64,000 bases of DNA from Azolla caroliniana. Lineage: Eukaryota; Plantae; Polypodiophyta. Where the stretch lies: NCBI GenBank assembly GCA_043228905.1, contig JBHGNT010000008.1, positions 20,584,001-20,648,000 of the forward strand. The letters are read 5' to 3'. The notes under the pieces are model-generated. The model was not told where the DNA came from, ran no database searches, and saw nothing but the letters and a program-made list of their open reading frames with translations. The position numbers and the translations under genes are program-made. This document shows, one piece after another, positions 52,906 through 64,000 of the stretch (positions are counted from its first letter, which is position 1; every line of letters starts with the position of its first letter).

Positions 52906-55236
52906 TATCCTGACAACAACGATGCTTCTCTATGGGGTGGTAGCATCCCTAAATATATTTGGAAAGGGTTTGAAAATGGCCAAAAACATTTTCTTACAAA
53001 GTTTCTACAAGATAAGAAACAAATGCCATACATCCTTGTCCTAGAGACAGGATCACTTCCCATTCAGATCTTGGCCATGAAAGGGTTCTTGAATACATGT
53101 TTAAGGTTCAAAAAAATCCCTCACATCAACTTCCTAGAATTGCATGGGAAGCAAGCAAAAAGATCCAAAAGACACATAAAAGCAAAATTTCATGTTCTAG
53201 TTGGATGCAAGATATGAAAAATTGGTTTGGTACATGGGATGCAACACATTTGCTTCATGATGCATCACTAGATTCCTCTATAAATGAGGCCTTTTTGCAA
53301 CCCCAATGTATCATGACATGGAAAAAATGTGAAGGCTCATGCTTCATACATTATACTACACATGTTGCACCTAACCACAAAACCGTATTCTTCGTGAAAT
53401 AGGGAAACCGTACACATCGATACATATTAGAGCCCATTTCGATGGCTTCTATTCGAACCATTCCTTCCATGTGACTTAGCTCACATGCATTGAGATGTGA
53501 GACGGGGTGTTGGTGCACAAGTGATGAGAGTGGTTGACTATGCACACTTTCCCTTAACAAGTTCAAGTGTCTGAGTATCACACTTTGATACAATGCTTTG
53601 ACTTTGATCATATTCAACCATGCTTTCCACACATCTTCGACCAAGCCCAATCCTTGCACGAATTTCTCTCACAACCACAATGTGCACTCTCAATTACAAC
53701 ATTCATTGGTAAACTTCTTGTCAAACATTGAGAGTTGCTACTCACTTTGATACGTATCATGTGAAATGTAATTTGTTTTGGTCTCATTGGTCATATTTGA
53801 CCTCCAAAGATGATAATATAATCTATCTCTCTTTCTGCCTCTCTCCTTCTTGTGTGTTATAGCTTCTTTTCCCCTTACATGGTATCCGGGCTTTCACTAA
53901 GGGACAAAAAGCAAAGCACAATACAACACATTTTCTTGGATTGATCCGAATATCCAAACAACATGTATTCCGAGTTAGAAAACTTGTCTTCATTCACATC
54001 CAACAAAGCACAAAATCAGAACCTCCTATCATCAACATCCAACAATATTACAAGGAGCTATTTGGTAGAGAAACTTACAAATCACAACTACCTGATGTGG
54101 AAGACAAGGATGGAAATTTGAAAGAGGTAGTGGATGGTTCAATGAGCATTCCAAATATTGAAAATGAACTGAAACATTGGAAGAGTAGAGATTTATATGC
54201 TACAATGGATATCATAATGCACCTCAACGACAAATAAATTGATCATGTTCGTGATTTGGAGACTGTACAACAAATGTGGGAGTATCTACACAAACTCCAC
54301 AAACCTTCTAATGGAACAACAAAAATATTCATCAGCAAATGGAAGAAAAAACTAGATGTGGCAATCACAGTAGGCAACAACATAGACGAGACTGCAAAAT
54401 GTGAGATTTTTATGGGAGCATTACTTTCATCCTAGGCAACAACATAGATGAGACTGCAAAATCTAATTTGCTGTGGCCACAAACCACACCTAGGACATCC
54501 ACACATGTTTGGATGCATTGCATACAGTCATATTCCTCAAGATAAATTAAGGAAGTTGGATCCTCATGCAAGGAAATGCATCTTGACGAGCTACATGGAG
54601 AAGTGTCCGGCATAAAAGTATACAAATTATTTGACCTACATACAAGGAAATTTCTTTTTAGCCTATCTATCACTTTCGATGAAGCGACACTAATGAAGCA
54701 GCACACAAACCATGAGGTACATCATCTAAATGAGAACTCTAAAAATGAACTAACATTTCCTAGTGATTCTTAGATTGTAAACTATGGTGGCCCTATTACA
54801 CGAGATCGATCTAGGTGCCTACAACAAAACAAATTTAAAGCAAAAGGAAATCAACACAATATCCAAATCAAGTATTTTGCAAACAAAAACATACTAATGC
54901 AAAGAGATTGGAATAACGAAGCAATGACAAATCACCCAAAATTGATAAACTCGAGTGGCCACAACATAGCTAAATTAGAAAAATCATTATGGTAGCCACA
55001 ACATATTCAAACAAAAAGTGATGGCATATCTCAAAGTGATGACAACATGCTTGAATCAAAAAGTGATGGAGCGGAAATATTTAGTAATTGCAATATACTT
55101 GCTGCAAATGATGATAATTTCAGATCTGAGTCGAATGACGGCAATATAATTAGATCTACGACAAACAAGGACAACATAATCAGATCTGAAAAATCAAGGT
55201 ATTCATCCACAAAACATAATCAGATTTGAGATAAAT

Positions 55237-55684
55237 TGTCAAGATTCGAACTCTTGACACGACCATGTTATAATCTAGTATTATGAGTTAACCAAGATAT
55301 CTTAGTACTAGTTATGTATGTAATTGGTCCTTATTATTTTGCTAGCATCATGTGCGACCATGTTATAATCTAGTATTATGAGTTAACCAAGATATCTAGT
55401 ACTAGTTATGTATGTAATTGGTCCTTATTATTTTGCTAGCATCATGTGCATAGTTGCTCCCTTGTAGTATTTACACTTGGCACATGCATGCATACCTACA
55501 TGCTCTATTGTAGATTCACATGCATGCAACAAGTATGCATGCCATGTAGTATAAATAGAGGAGTTCACCTTGAAGGAATTCAAGGTGAACAACACTAGTT
55601 ATGGAGTCTTTCCTTTAATACTATCTTCTTTCTTGTCCATTTGGTTATCTTCTTGCTTGTCTCTTGAGTTTATGATCCGTGACA
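55237..55684 (+). mobile_element. Solo LTR with internal ~95-bp tandem duplication
   Basis: TGTCA...TGACA termini, TSD TAAAT, TATA at about 55550; duplicated block at 55260-55354 and 55355-55448. Confidence 0.85.
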
Positions 55685-55878
55685 TAAATAATGACATCAT
55701 AATCGTATCTGGAAATTGAGGTATTCATTGAAGAAGCGGAAGAGGACATCATGGCAACCATTCCTAGCAGTTGTGAAGAAAGCGCAACAATTCATCAAGA
55801 AGAAGGGATTTTGTCTTCCCCCACCAAAGCCTCGCCAACGAGCCCTAATACCTGCACATAAACTAAACATGGGAGGAC

Positions 55879-55983
55879 TGTTAAGAATTAGGTATGTAAT
55901 TAAGCAAGGGTGTTAATTAGTACCTAATTATGTGATTAGTTGATAAGCGGAAGATTAAGTGATATATGTGTATCTGTGTGAGA

Positions 55984-56043
<60 letters not shown>

Positions 56044-59000
56044 CACTTATGAACAACACAAGATGGGGGATGAGTAACTATATTAAATTAGCATTATGAT
56101 CATTAAATCGAAAAACTACCTCCAATGAGGTATATATAGATCTCATGTGCAAGGGTGCACATGTGTGAGGATAATATAGGTACAAAAGTGTAAGTCCTAT
56201 ATTAAATGTACTTAGGAGTGGAGGATCTAGAGTATCCCACTTAAGTACAAGGTCCTATTTAAGGCGTTATCGTCAACAGTTCAAACTAGATTCTACCTAG
56301 GTAACTACGAAGTTACATGGTTGACTAACTAACTAAACTAAGTTGAGCTTTAGGCGTGAGGCGTCTGACATCCGCTTTGGCTTTTGTCGGCTTCGTGTGC
56401 TTCCGTCCGGCCTTCACCGTGGCAATCTCGGTTCCTCCCCCTCAAGCCGATGACGAAGGCTTGTAGTGTGTGGGTGAAGGTCGACTACTTCCGCCCATCG
56501 TGGGTTACGAGCCACTTTGGTGGATCTCTTGGGCTCTTGTTCGGCCGCTACCTTCATCGCAAAGGTGTAATGATGGGCCATGTACTCATTGTAGTCGTGC
56601 CGAGTGATGGGGTTCTTAGCTCTAGATGAGTGTCGAAGTTTTTCACTCGCCGATGTGAGCGCCTTCTTTACTCTGGGTGTACGCATGATGGGTACACCAA
56701 ACTGACTATCTAGTGAGGGAGCCGATCCATCCGAATAATCGTTGTCAGGGTGATCGACTTCATATTTGGGCATCTTACCTTTGCCTTTGTCCAAGTTCGT
56801 ACTTGGTTGCGACGCGCTTGGGTTGCGTGGGGGCTCTTGTGGCCCACTAGGCCTTGCCGTAATTGGACGTTCTTCAAACATGTGTTCGAAGCGATCTCCA
56901 TCTTCTACCTCTTGTTCGGCGCATTCCGGGTGGAGTGGAGTCGGAGTCGGAGTTGAAGTTGTCTCTAGTGTGTACCACGATGCGGACTCGTCGAAGACTA
57001 CGTCTCAACTTACCCGAACCGCTCGGGTAGAAGGGTTGTAGCACCTGTATGCCTTCTTCTCGGACGAGTATTCTACCAGGATACATTCCTTCGACTTCGC
57101 GTCGGGCTTCTGTCGGATTTCATTCGGGATGCGTACATTTGCAATGCTTCCGAACACCTTGAGGTGCGACAAGATCGACTTCCTTTCGACAAGGAGCTCG
57201 TAGGGAGTTAGCTCATGCACTCCATTAGTGGTGCATCGGTTCATGAGATAGACGGTCGTGGATGCTGCTTCGACCCAATAGAAGTTCGGCATGTGCTTCT
57301 CATGCGTCATGGCGCATGCTACCTCGAGTATTTGCTGATTTTTCCTTTCGGCGACTCCATTTTGTTGGGGGGTGTGTCAGCACGAGAATTCTCTCCAAAT
57401 GCCTTCACTTTGGAGGTAGGAGGTGAATTCATCGGAGAAGTACTCCTTGCCTCCATCCGATCGTAGGCATCGAATGTGCCGACCAGTTTCTTTCTCGACT
57501 TGGCCCTTGAGCTTTTGGAAGTGGAAGAGCACTTCACTTTTCTTCTTCATCGGGTAGATCCATGCATAGCGCGAGTAGTCGTCGATGAAGGTTACGTAGT
57601 ATTGGCATCTGCCGATCGTCGGCGTTTGAGCCGGTACCCATACATCTGAGTGTATGACGTCGAGGAGGCCTTTGCTTGCGGAGCTCTCCTTTGGGAATGG
57701 GAGTCGATGTTGTTTGCCGAGTTGACACACTTCGCATACTCAGTTAACTCGTTTCGACTCGAATGTCGGAAGTCCGATGACGACTCCCTTTGATTGCATA
57801 GCTCGGAGCTGTTGGAGGTTTATGCGGTCGATTCTCTTGTGCCACAACTCGATGCTTGTCTCGGTTTTGAGACTTTTAGTGTACATGGCCGATTTCACCT
57901 TGTTCAAATTGAGGATGAACATCTGACCGTCTCTCCGTCCCTTGGCGATGAGTCAACCATCTTTCTTGATGAAGCATCCTTCTTTGTTGAAGTGGACTCT
58001 CATGCCTTGCTCTACAATTTGGCTGACGGAGACCAAATTCTCCATTATTGTGGGCATGTGCAAGACAATCTTGGTGCAAGTTTGTTCGCCTTCTTTCCCG
58101 AATGGGACATTGCTGATGTGCCAAATGGTATGTGTGGTGTCGTCTCCCATCTCTATGTAGCTAGGTCTATCCGGTGTACTAAGTCATTGAACCACTCTTT
58201 GTGGGATGTCATGTGATGTGAGGCGCCGGAATCGATGAACCACGCATCTTCTGAATTGGAGGTGCTTATGGAGTTGGAGGCCGTCATAGAGTTCTCTCTA
58301 TGCCTCATTACGAACATTCCGCCATAGTCACCGTAGTCGGAATTCATGGCGTAATTTGTAAACATTTCACTACGATCGTCATAGTGAAATTCGATGTGTG
58401 ATTCGTGAACATTCCGCTACGATTGTCTTAGTCAGAGTTCAATGCGTAGTTTGTGAGTTGTCGACTTGTTGAAGCCGACTCACTTCTCTTTTTCCGACAC
58501 TTTGCCTCATGGTGGCCGACTTTGCTGCAATAATTGCAAGTTGCAGGCCTCGTTTGCCGACCATGTTTGGCGTGGAAGCTCCCCCTTCTTCTGAAGGTTC
58601 CTCGATGGCTTCCGTGAAGGTTTGAGTTCCCTTCGTGTGATGGGTCGAATTGACCTCCTCTACCACCGTGACCTCTTCCTCGGCCACCGTCCGAATTCGA
58701 GAAGAACATTTGTCCTTCCAATGTCTTGCTTTTGGTTCGGATGTGGTTCTCTTCGACCAATAGAATTGAGTGGAGGTCGAAGAAAGAAGGAGGGTCTTCT
58801 CTCGCCAAGATTGCCATTCGTAATGGATCGAATCGTTGTGCGAGACCGCCCAAGCATACTTGAACCATCTCGTCTTCGTCGACGTTTATGTTGATGGAGC
58901 CAAGTGAGTCGCAAATACTCTTGATCTTGGCGGTGTAGTCCGACACGGACATGTCTTTTTGTCGAATGTTATTCAACTCTTGTCTGAGTTGAAGCTTTCA

Positions 59001-59929
59001 AGCGGTTGTGTTGGTGGCGAACATTTTCTTTAAGTTCACCCACGCTTCTTTAGGCGTCTTGGCGTCTCGAATGTGGCTAAGAATGTGGTCGTGGACACAT
59101 GTTGCCAAGCAATACATGACTCGAGTCGCCGCTTTCTCCCATGTTGCATAGTCGGTGTTCTTTGAGTTGGGTCGAATTTCTTGAGTGTCGTTCATGTAGC
59201 TCCAATACCCTTGGCCGACGAGGTATTGGGTCATCTTGTACTCCCAAGATGAATAATTGCTCTGGTTTAGCTTTTCACTAGGGATTGAGCTACCACTTTG
59301 TGTGTTCATGTTGATTGTGTCTTCTCTTTATTTGTTTTTCTTCCTTCGATCACATACACGTGCTACGTAGTGGCACTACGATAGCTGATAGTCGGATTTT
59401 GTCGTCGGTGTCTCGAACACACAATCACGGAGTCGGGTGGGCTTAGTGGATTTTCTAAACCACACGCTCTGATACCATGTTAAGAATTAGGTAAGTAATT
59501 AAGCAAGGGTTAATTAGTACCTAATTCTATGATTAGTTGATAAGGAAAAGATTAAGTGATATGTGTGTATGTGTGTGAGAGGAAGAGAGAGAGAGAGAGA
59601 GAGAGAGATACACTTATGAACAACACAAGATGGGGGATGAGTAACTATATTAAATTAGCATTATGATCATCAAATCGAAAAAATACCTCCAATGAGGTAT
59701 ATATAGATCCCATGTGCAAGGGTGCACATGCGTGAGGATAATATAGGTACAAAAGTGTAAGACCTATATTAAATGTACTTAGGAGTGGAGGATCTAGAAT
59801 ATCCCACTTAAGTACAAGGTCCTATTCAAGGCGTTATAGTCAACACTTCAAACTAGATTCTATCTAGGTAACTATGAAGTTACATGGTTGACTAACTAAC
59901 TAAACTAAGTTGAGCTTGATCTCTCAACA
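55879..59929 (-). mobile_element. Ty1/Copia deletion derivative (gag-PR-IN, no RT/RNase H); LTRs 59478-59929 and 55879-~56350 (truncated)
   Basis: TSD AGGAC; Met PBS (reverse complement 59466-59477); gag starts MNTQSG at 59309; CNYCSKVGH, FIDSGAS, IHSDVW, RSDGGKEY motifs. Confidence 0.9.
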
Positions 59930-60196
59930 AGGACTCCCATTGGAAAGGACTCAAATGATGTAGAATCTACACTACAAGAAGACACCAAAGTCAACACTAA
60001 ACAAAACTCCACAAAAGCCACTAAACCAAAATATAGAAGCCTCAAACAAAGTACGTGTCTTATAGATATTATAATATAGCCTAATAGTAACTTCACGACA
60101 TAGTTTGGTGAACCCGATCTGAAACGAGTGGTAGGGGAGGTTGGGTACCCAAAATAAAGACTTTGCATTGATGATGACGAAGATGATGATTCTATT

Positions 60197-60241
<45 letters not shown>

Positions 60242-60584
60242 AAATGTCATGCAATCTGCAGTTGAAAGTCTTGTATACACAACTTGACAATTTGAAGGCA
60301 CCAACTTCTGAATTATTTAAATTAATATAACAATGTGATGCTTCAAAAGAGTATGGGAAAGCTAACAAAATTGAATTACTTCATTAGAAAAATATCCTTG
60401 GCTATACATAAGCAAATTATAAAACTTTAAGAGGCCCATACATCATGGCATTCCTTCCAAATGGCATTGCAAAAAGAGTTCAAAGTCAAAGACGTGACCA
60501 ACAAAGTCGCTACAATTTTGAGAAATGGGTCGAAATGAAGAAGCCTTATAAAACTAAAATAGCGTAAAGAATTGGGTATGATTC

Positions 60585-61995
60585 TTGTGTAGCGAAAGAT
60601 ATGTGTGTTATGTGTATGTGTGAGAGGAATTAGTGGAGAGACTCCTCTTTGTCTGATTCACAGTGTTTGTGTGTACACAACTCACATGCCTCTTCCTCCT
60701 TTCTCAATTCCTTGGTTCAAGACCCCCATGGTCCTACCCCGTTTCTACACATCCGCGTGGAAGACCGTGACAACGTTGCACTATGTTGAGCTTGATTCTC
60801 AACACGCCCCCTCAAGCTCAACTCAGGTCGGTTCCTCGGATGGTATCTGGTTCTCGCTTGTACTCCCCCTCAAGCTTGGCAAGGTCTGACATGAATTGCT
60901 GAAGCTTGTTGGCTCCTAAGGCTTTGGTGAAGATGTCGAACATCTTAAGATTCGTGTTGATGTGTTGAAGATCGACATCTCCAGCTTGTACGCACTCTCG
61001 AATGAAGTGAAACACCGGGTTCCGAGCCAGATATATACTGCTCATGTTGTCATAGTAAATGGGAGTCAGATCCTTGATGGGGATGCCTAGGTCCTTTAAA
61101 ATCCTCTTGAGCCATATGGCTTCACATGCAGCTACGACTGCACCCCTGTATTCGGCCTCCATACTCGACAGAGCTACGATTGGTTGCTTCTTGCTACTCC
61201 ACGAAATTGCTCCATTGCCAAGGGAGAAGACAAATCCAGAGGTTGATCGTCGATCGGTGTTAAGAATTAGGTAAGTAATTAAGGGTTAATTAGTACCTAA
61301 TTATGTGATTAAGTTAAGCAGAAGATTAAGTGATATGTGTGTGTATGTGTGTGTGTGTGAGAAAGAAAGAAAGAAAGAAAGATATATTAACGTCTTCTAA
61401 GGCCAAAATTGGCCCATGAGACAAAAGGTGTACAACAAAAATGGGATATTTACCCATTCATCGAAAGTAAAAATAAAAATAAGATAAAATAGGGTTTAAG
61501 CTAAATAGTTCTAAGAAAACAACAAACATGTTCTATATAAAAAAACATGTTCTACAATGAGAATGATTCTATACAATGAGAGAGAGAGAGAAAGAGAGAG
61601 AGATACACTTATGAACAACACAAGATGGGGGATGAGTAAGTATATTAAATTAGCATTATCATCATCAAATACAAAAATACCTACAATGAGGTATATATAG
61701 ATTTCATGTGCAAGGGTGCACATGTGTGAGGATAATATAGGTACAAAAGTCCTATATTAAATGCACTTTGGATCTAGAATATCCCACTTAAGCACAAGAT
61801 CCTATATTAAATGTAGTTTGGGGTGGAGGATCTAGAATATCCCACTTAAGCACAAGGTTCTATTTAAGGCGTTATGGTCAACACTTCTAACTAGATTCTT
61901 TCTAGGTAACTACGAAGTTACATGGTTGACAAAATAACTAAACTAAGTTGAGCTTGGTCTCTCAACAATCGGCTTTGTAGCCGGCCCAGTCGGCA
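60585..61995 (-). mobile_element. Copia 3' LTR (ends 60803) plus RNase H fragment, interrupted by a solo LTR
   Basis: gattctcaaca followed by reverse-complement PPT cgccccctcaag; GYTDADWAG, RRSTSG, EAEYR, YDNMSSIYLARNPVFH, DIFTKAL. The left boundary is approximate. Confidence 0.75.
61258..61967 (-). mobile_element. Solo LTR of the 55879 family with a ~195-bp foreign insert in its GA tract
   Basis: TGTTAAGAATTAGG...CTCTCAACA, TSD ATCGG; 61383-61577 is absent from the other LTR copies. Confidence 0.88.
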
Positions 61996-62599
61996 TCCGT
62001 GTACCCTTCGAGTCGAGTTGGTGTGTTCACATGTTGCACTATGTTGAGCTTGATTCTTAGCAAATAGCATCATTGCATGAGTTTGTGTGCCACTTTGCTC
62101 AACTTTCATATTGAGATAAAAAGTTGGTGGGGGTGAACATGTTCATGAAGCTCGTCGTTTGAGATAAAAGAGTCTAAAGTTCGGTGTACTTTTAGAGGAT
62201 GATGGTGGCACTAATTTACTTATTAACATTTGGGATGAAATAAAAACAAAATTTCAACAATATGACAAGAGAAAGAAGAATAAATACTTAATAGGAGAAA
62301 TTACAAACAAGGCAACGAGGCCTAGTTCCAATGCACATAAAGGTAAATCATGTGCCGATGCAAGGTAACTAGATATTCAATATGGAGGAATTCATCAAGA
62401 ATGTTACATTCTAGATAAAAAAGGCATTGAAAGCCTAAAAGAAAATATCATAGTTGAAGAAAAACTAGAGAAGGTGTGAACCCCAAATCCTAATTTAAGA
62501 TAAAAAAATGCAATATAAACGTAAATCGAACGTGAACGACATAGAAGAAACTTGTAAAACAAAAAGTGTGTGTTGAGAGGAAGCTCAACATGGGCCGCA

Positions 62600-62890
62600 T
62601 CAAATGAATAAGACAAGAACCGGGTCAGATGACGACCGATCGGGTAGGCCTAGATCAGCTGAAGAAGCTGGGAGTTGGATCGGCAGGGAGCCGACACGCC
62701 TATTGAGAGTCGAATGCAACTTCCCATAGTAATAGGTTTCACACTACCTCATGGTCATACTAGGCTAGTTTTGTAAATAGTAGAAAGGGCACTTGCCCTA
62801 GTTTAGTTGGTATTTAAACCCACCCCTTGTAACTTAGTTATTCTCGAAAGTATTTTGGTTAATGTAACATACAATCGTTGATCTCGGTCT

Positions 62891-62943
<53 letters not shown>

Positions 62944-63030
62944 TTTTACCTTACATACACACACACACACACACAATTATCTTCCATTGCATTACACCAC
63001 AAGCTCCATTTATTTACATGGTATCAAAGC
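62600..63030 (+). mobile_element. LTR 3' portion plus Met PBS, truncated
   Basis: TATTTAAA, (CT)n and ...TTTACA (63018) followed by TGGTATCAAAGC. The start is uncertain. Confidence 0.6.
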
Positions 63031-63044
63031 ATGTGGTTGCGTAA

Positions 63045-63445
63045 TCTTCCTAGAAGTGCGAGAACACTTCACTAATCTGGCGCATGGGTAGATCCAGGTA
63101 TGCTTTGAGAAGTCGTCGATGAACGTCACATAGTATCGGCAACCCCCAACTGTTGCCGTTTAGGCTGGTCCCCATACATCTGAATGTATTACATCCACAA
63201 TCCCTTTGCTCACTATGCTCTCTTTCGAGAACGGTTGACGATGTTGTTTGTCGAACTGGCAGGCTTCACATGCGCCTGCACTCTCCTTTTCGATAAAAGT
63301 CAGGAGTCCAATGACAACTCCTTTCGACTGCATTGCTTTGAGCTTTTGGACGTTAATGTGGCCTATTTGTTTGTGCCACACCACTAGGTCAGTGTCGACC
63401 TTTTGGCCCTTGGCATACATTGCCGATTTCATCTCGCAAGAGTTG
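63045..63445 (-). mobile_element. Copia pre-integrase/integrase fragment (55879-like family)
   Basis: VWHKQIGHIN..CEACQ..IHSDVWGPA..YYVTFIDD. Confidence 0.85.
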
Positions 63446-63450
63446 AGGAT

Positions 63451-64000
63451 TGTTGAGAATCAAGCTCAACCTAGTCTAGTGTGTGAACACACCCTTGAGA
63501 GTGTGCACTCAAAGGTCAAAATTCACCACTCTTATCTACACATTAACTATGTATCATAGAATCATATTCTATGACACATAACTAATGAGTTTTCACATTC
63601 CCAATGACCCATGAGCTTCGGTAGTTAATGAAGAGAGAGAGTGACTATATAAAGCACTCTCCTCCTACTTTGTAATCAAGTCGATTAATCTCCTTTGTAA
63701 TATACAACTTCTTGAGTATTCTATTGTCTCTCTAATCTATCTTGTGTTTCTCTCTCTCATATACACACACTCACAACACATATCTCTAATCTATTCTGCT
63801 GCACAAGAATCACCATCGATTCTTTACATGGTATCAGAGCGGTTTGGTAGCTCGATTAAGCCCATCTGCGTGTGTTGTGCTCCACACCAACGTTCAAGCA
63901 AAACCGGCTCATCGCTATCGTAGTGCAGCTACATAGCTCGTATTCAAGAGAGAAGAAGAAGAAGAAACTCTACATCGAACACCATGAATACTCAAATGGG
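63451..64000 (+). mobile_element. 5' end of a Copia element: LTR 63451-63828, Met PBS 63829-63840, gag start 63984
   Basis: TGTTGAG...TTTACA then TGGTATCAGAGC; ATG AAT ACT CAA matches the MNTQ start of the 59309 gag. Confidence 0.88.

Overview
Eukaryotic plant DNA, probably from a non-seed land plant (inferred from the loopless GH19 chitinase, Tcn1-like chromoviruses and an RTE-X-like LINE). Most of the window is nested transposable elements. The only host genes are two tandemly duplicated two-exon GH19 chitinases. Copy 1 (11212-12002) is intact. Copy 2 (32914-39322) is interrupted by a Copia element in exon 1, and its upstream region carries a 9.1-kb hAT transposon that itself contains a young Copia. 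The rest comprises Ty1/Copia and Ty3/Gypsy chromovirus elements, solo LTRs, L1 and RTE-X-like LINEs, a MULE-type MITE and a degenerate foldback; many boundaries are fixed by target-site duplications (TSDs). The most unusual observation is that four different LTR families carry an antisense tRNA-like (Pol III A/B-box) cassette at or near the start of the LTR, two of them ending in CCA. One of these elements has no tRNA primer-binding site (PBS) and looks self-priming. Also notable are a non-coding LTR element with inward-facing PBS-like motifs at both ends, a LINE associated with (TC)n tracts, and a hypervariable loop next to the chitinase catalytic glutamate. All coordinates were read by eye and no database searches were run.
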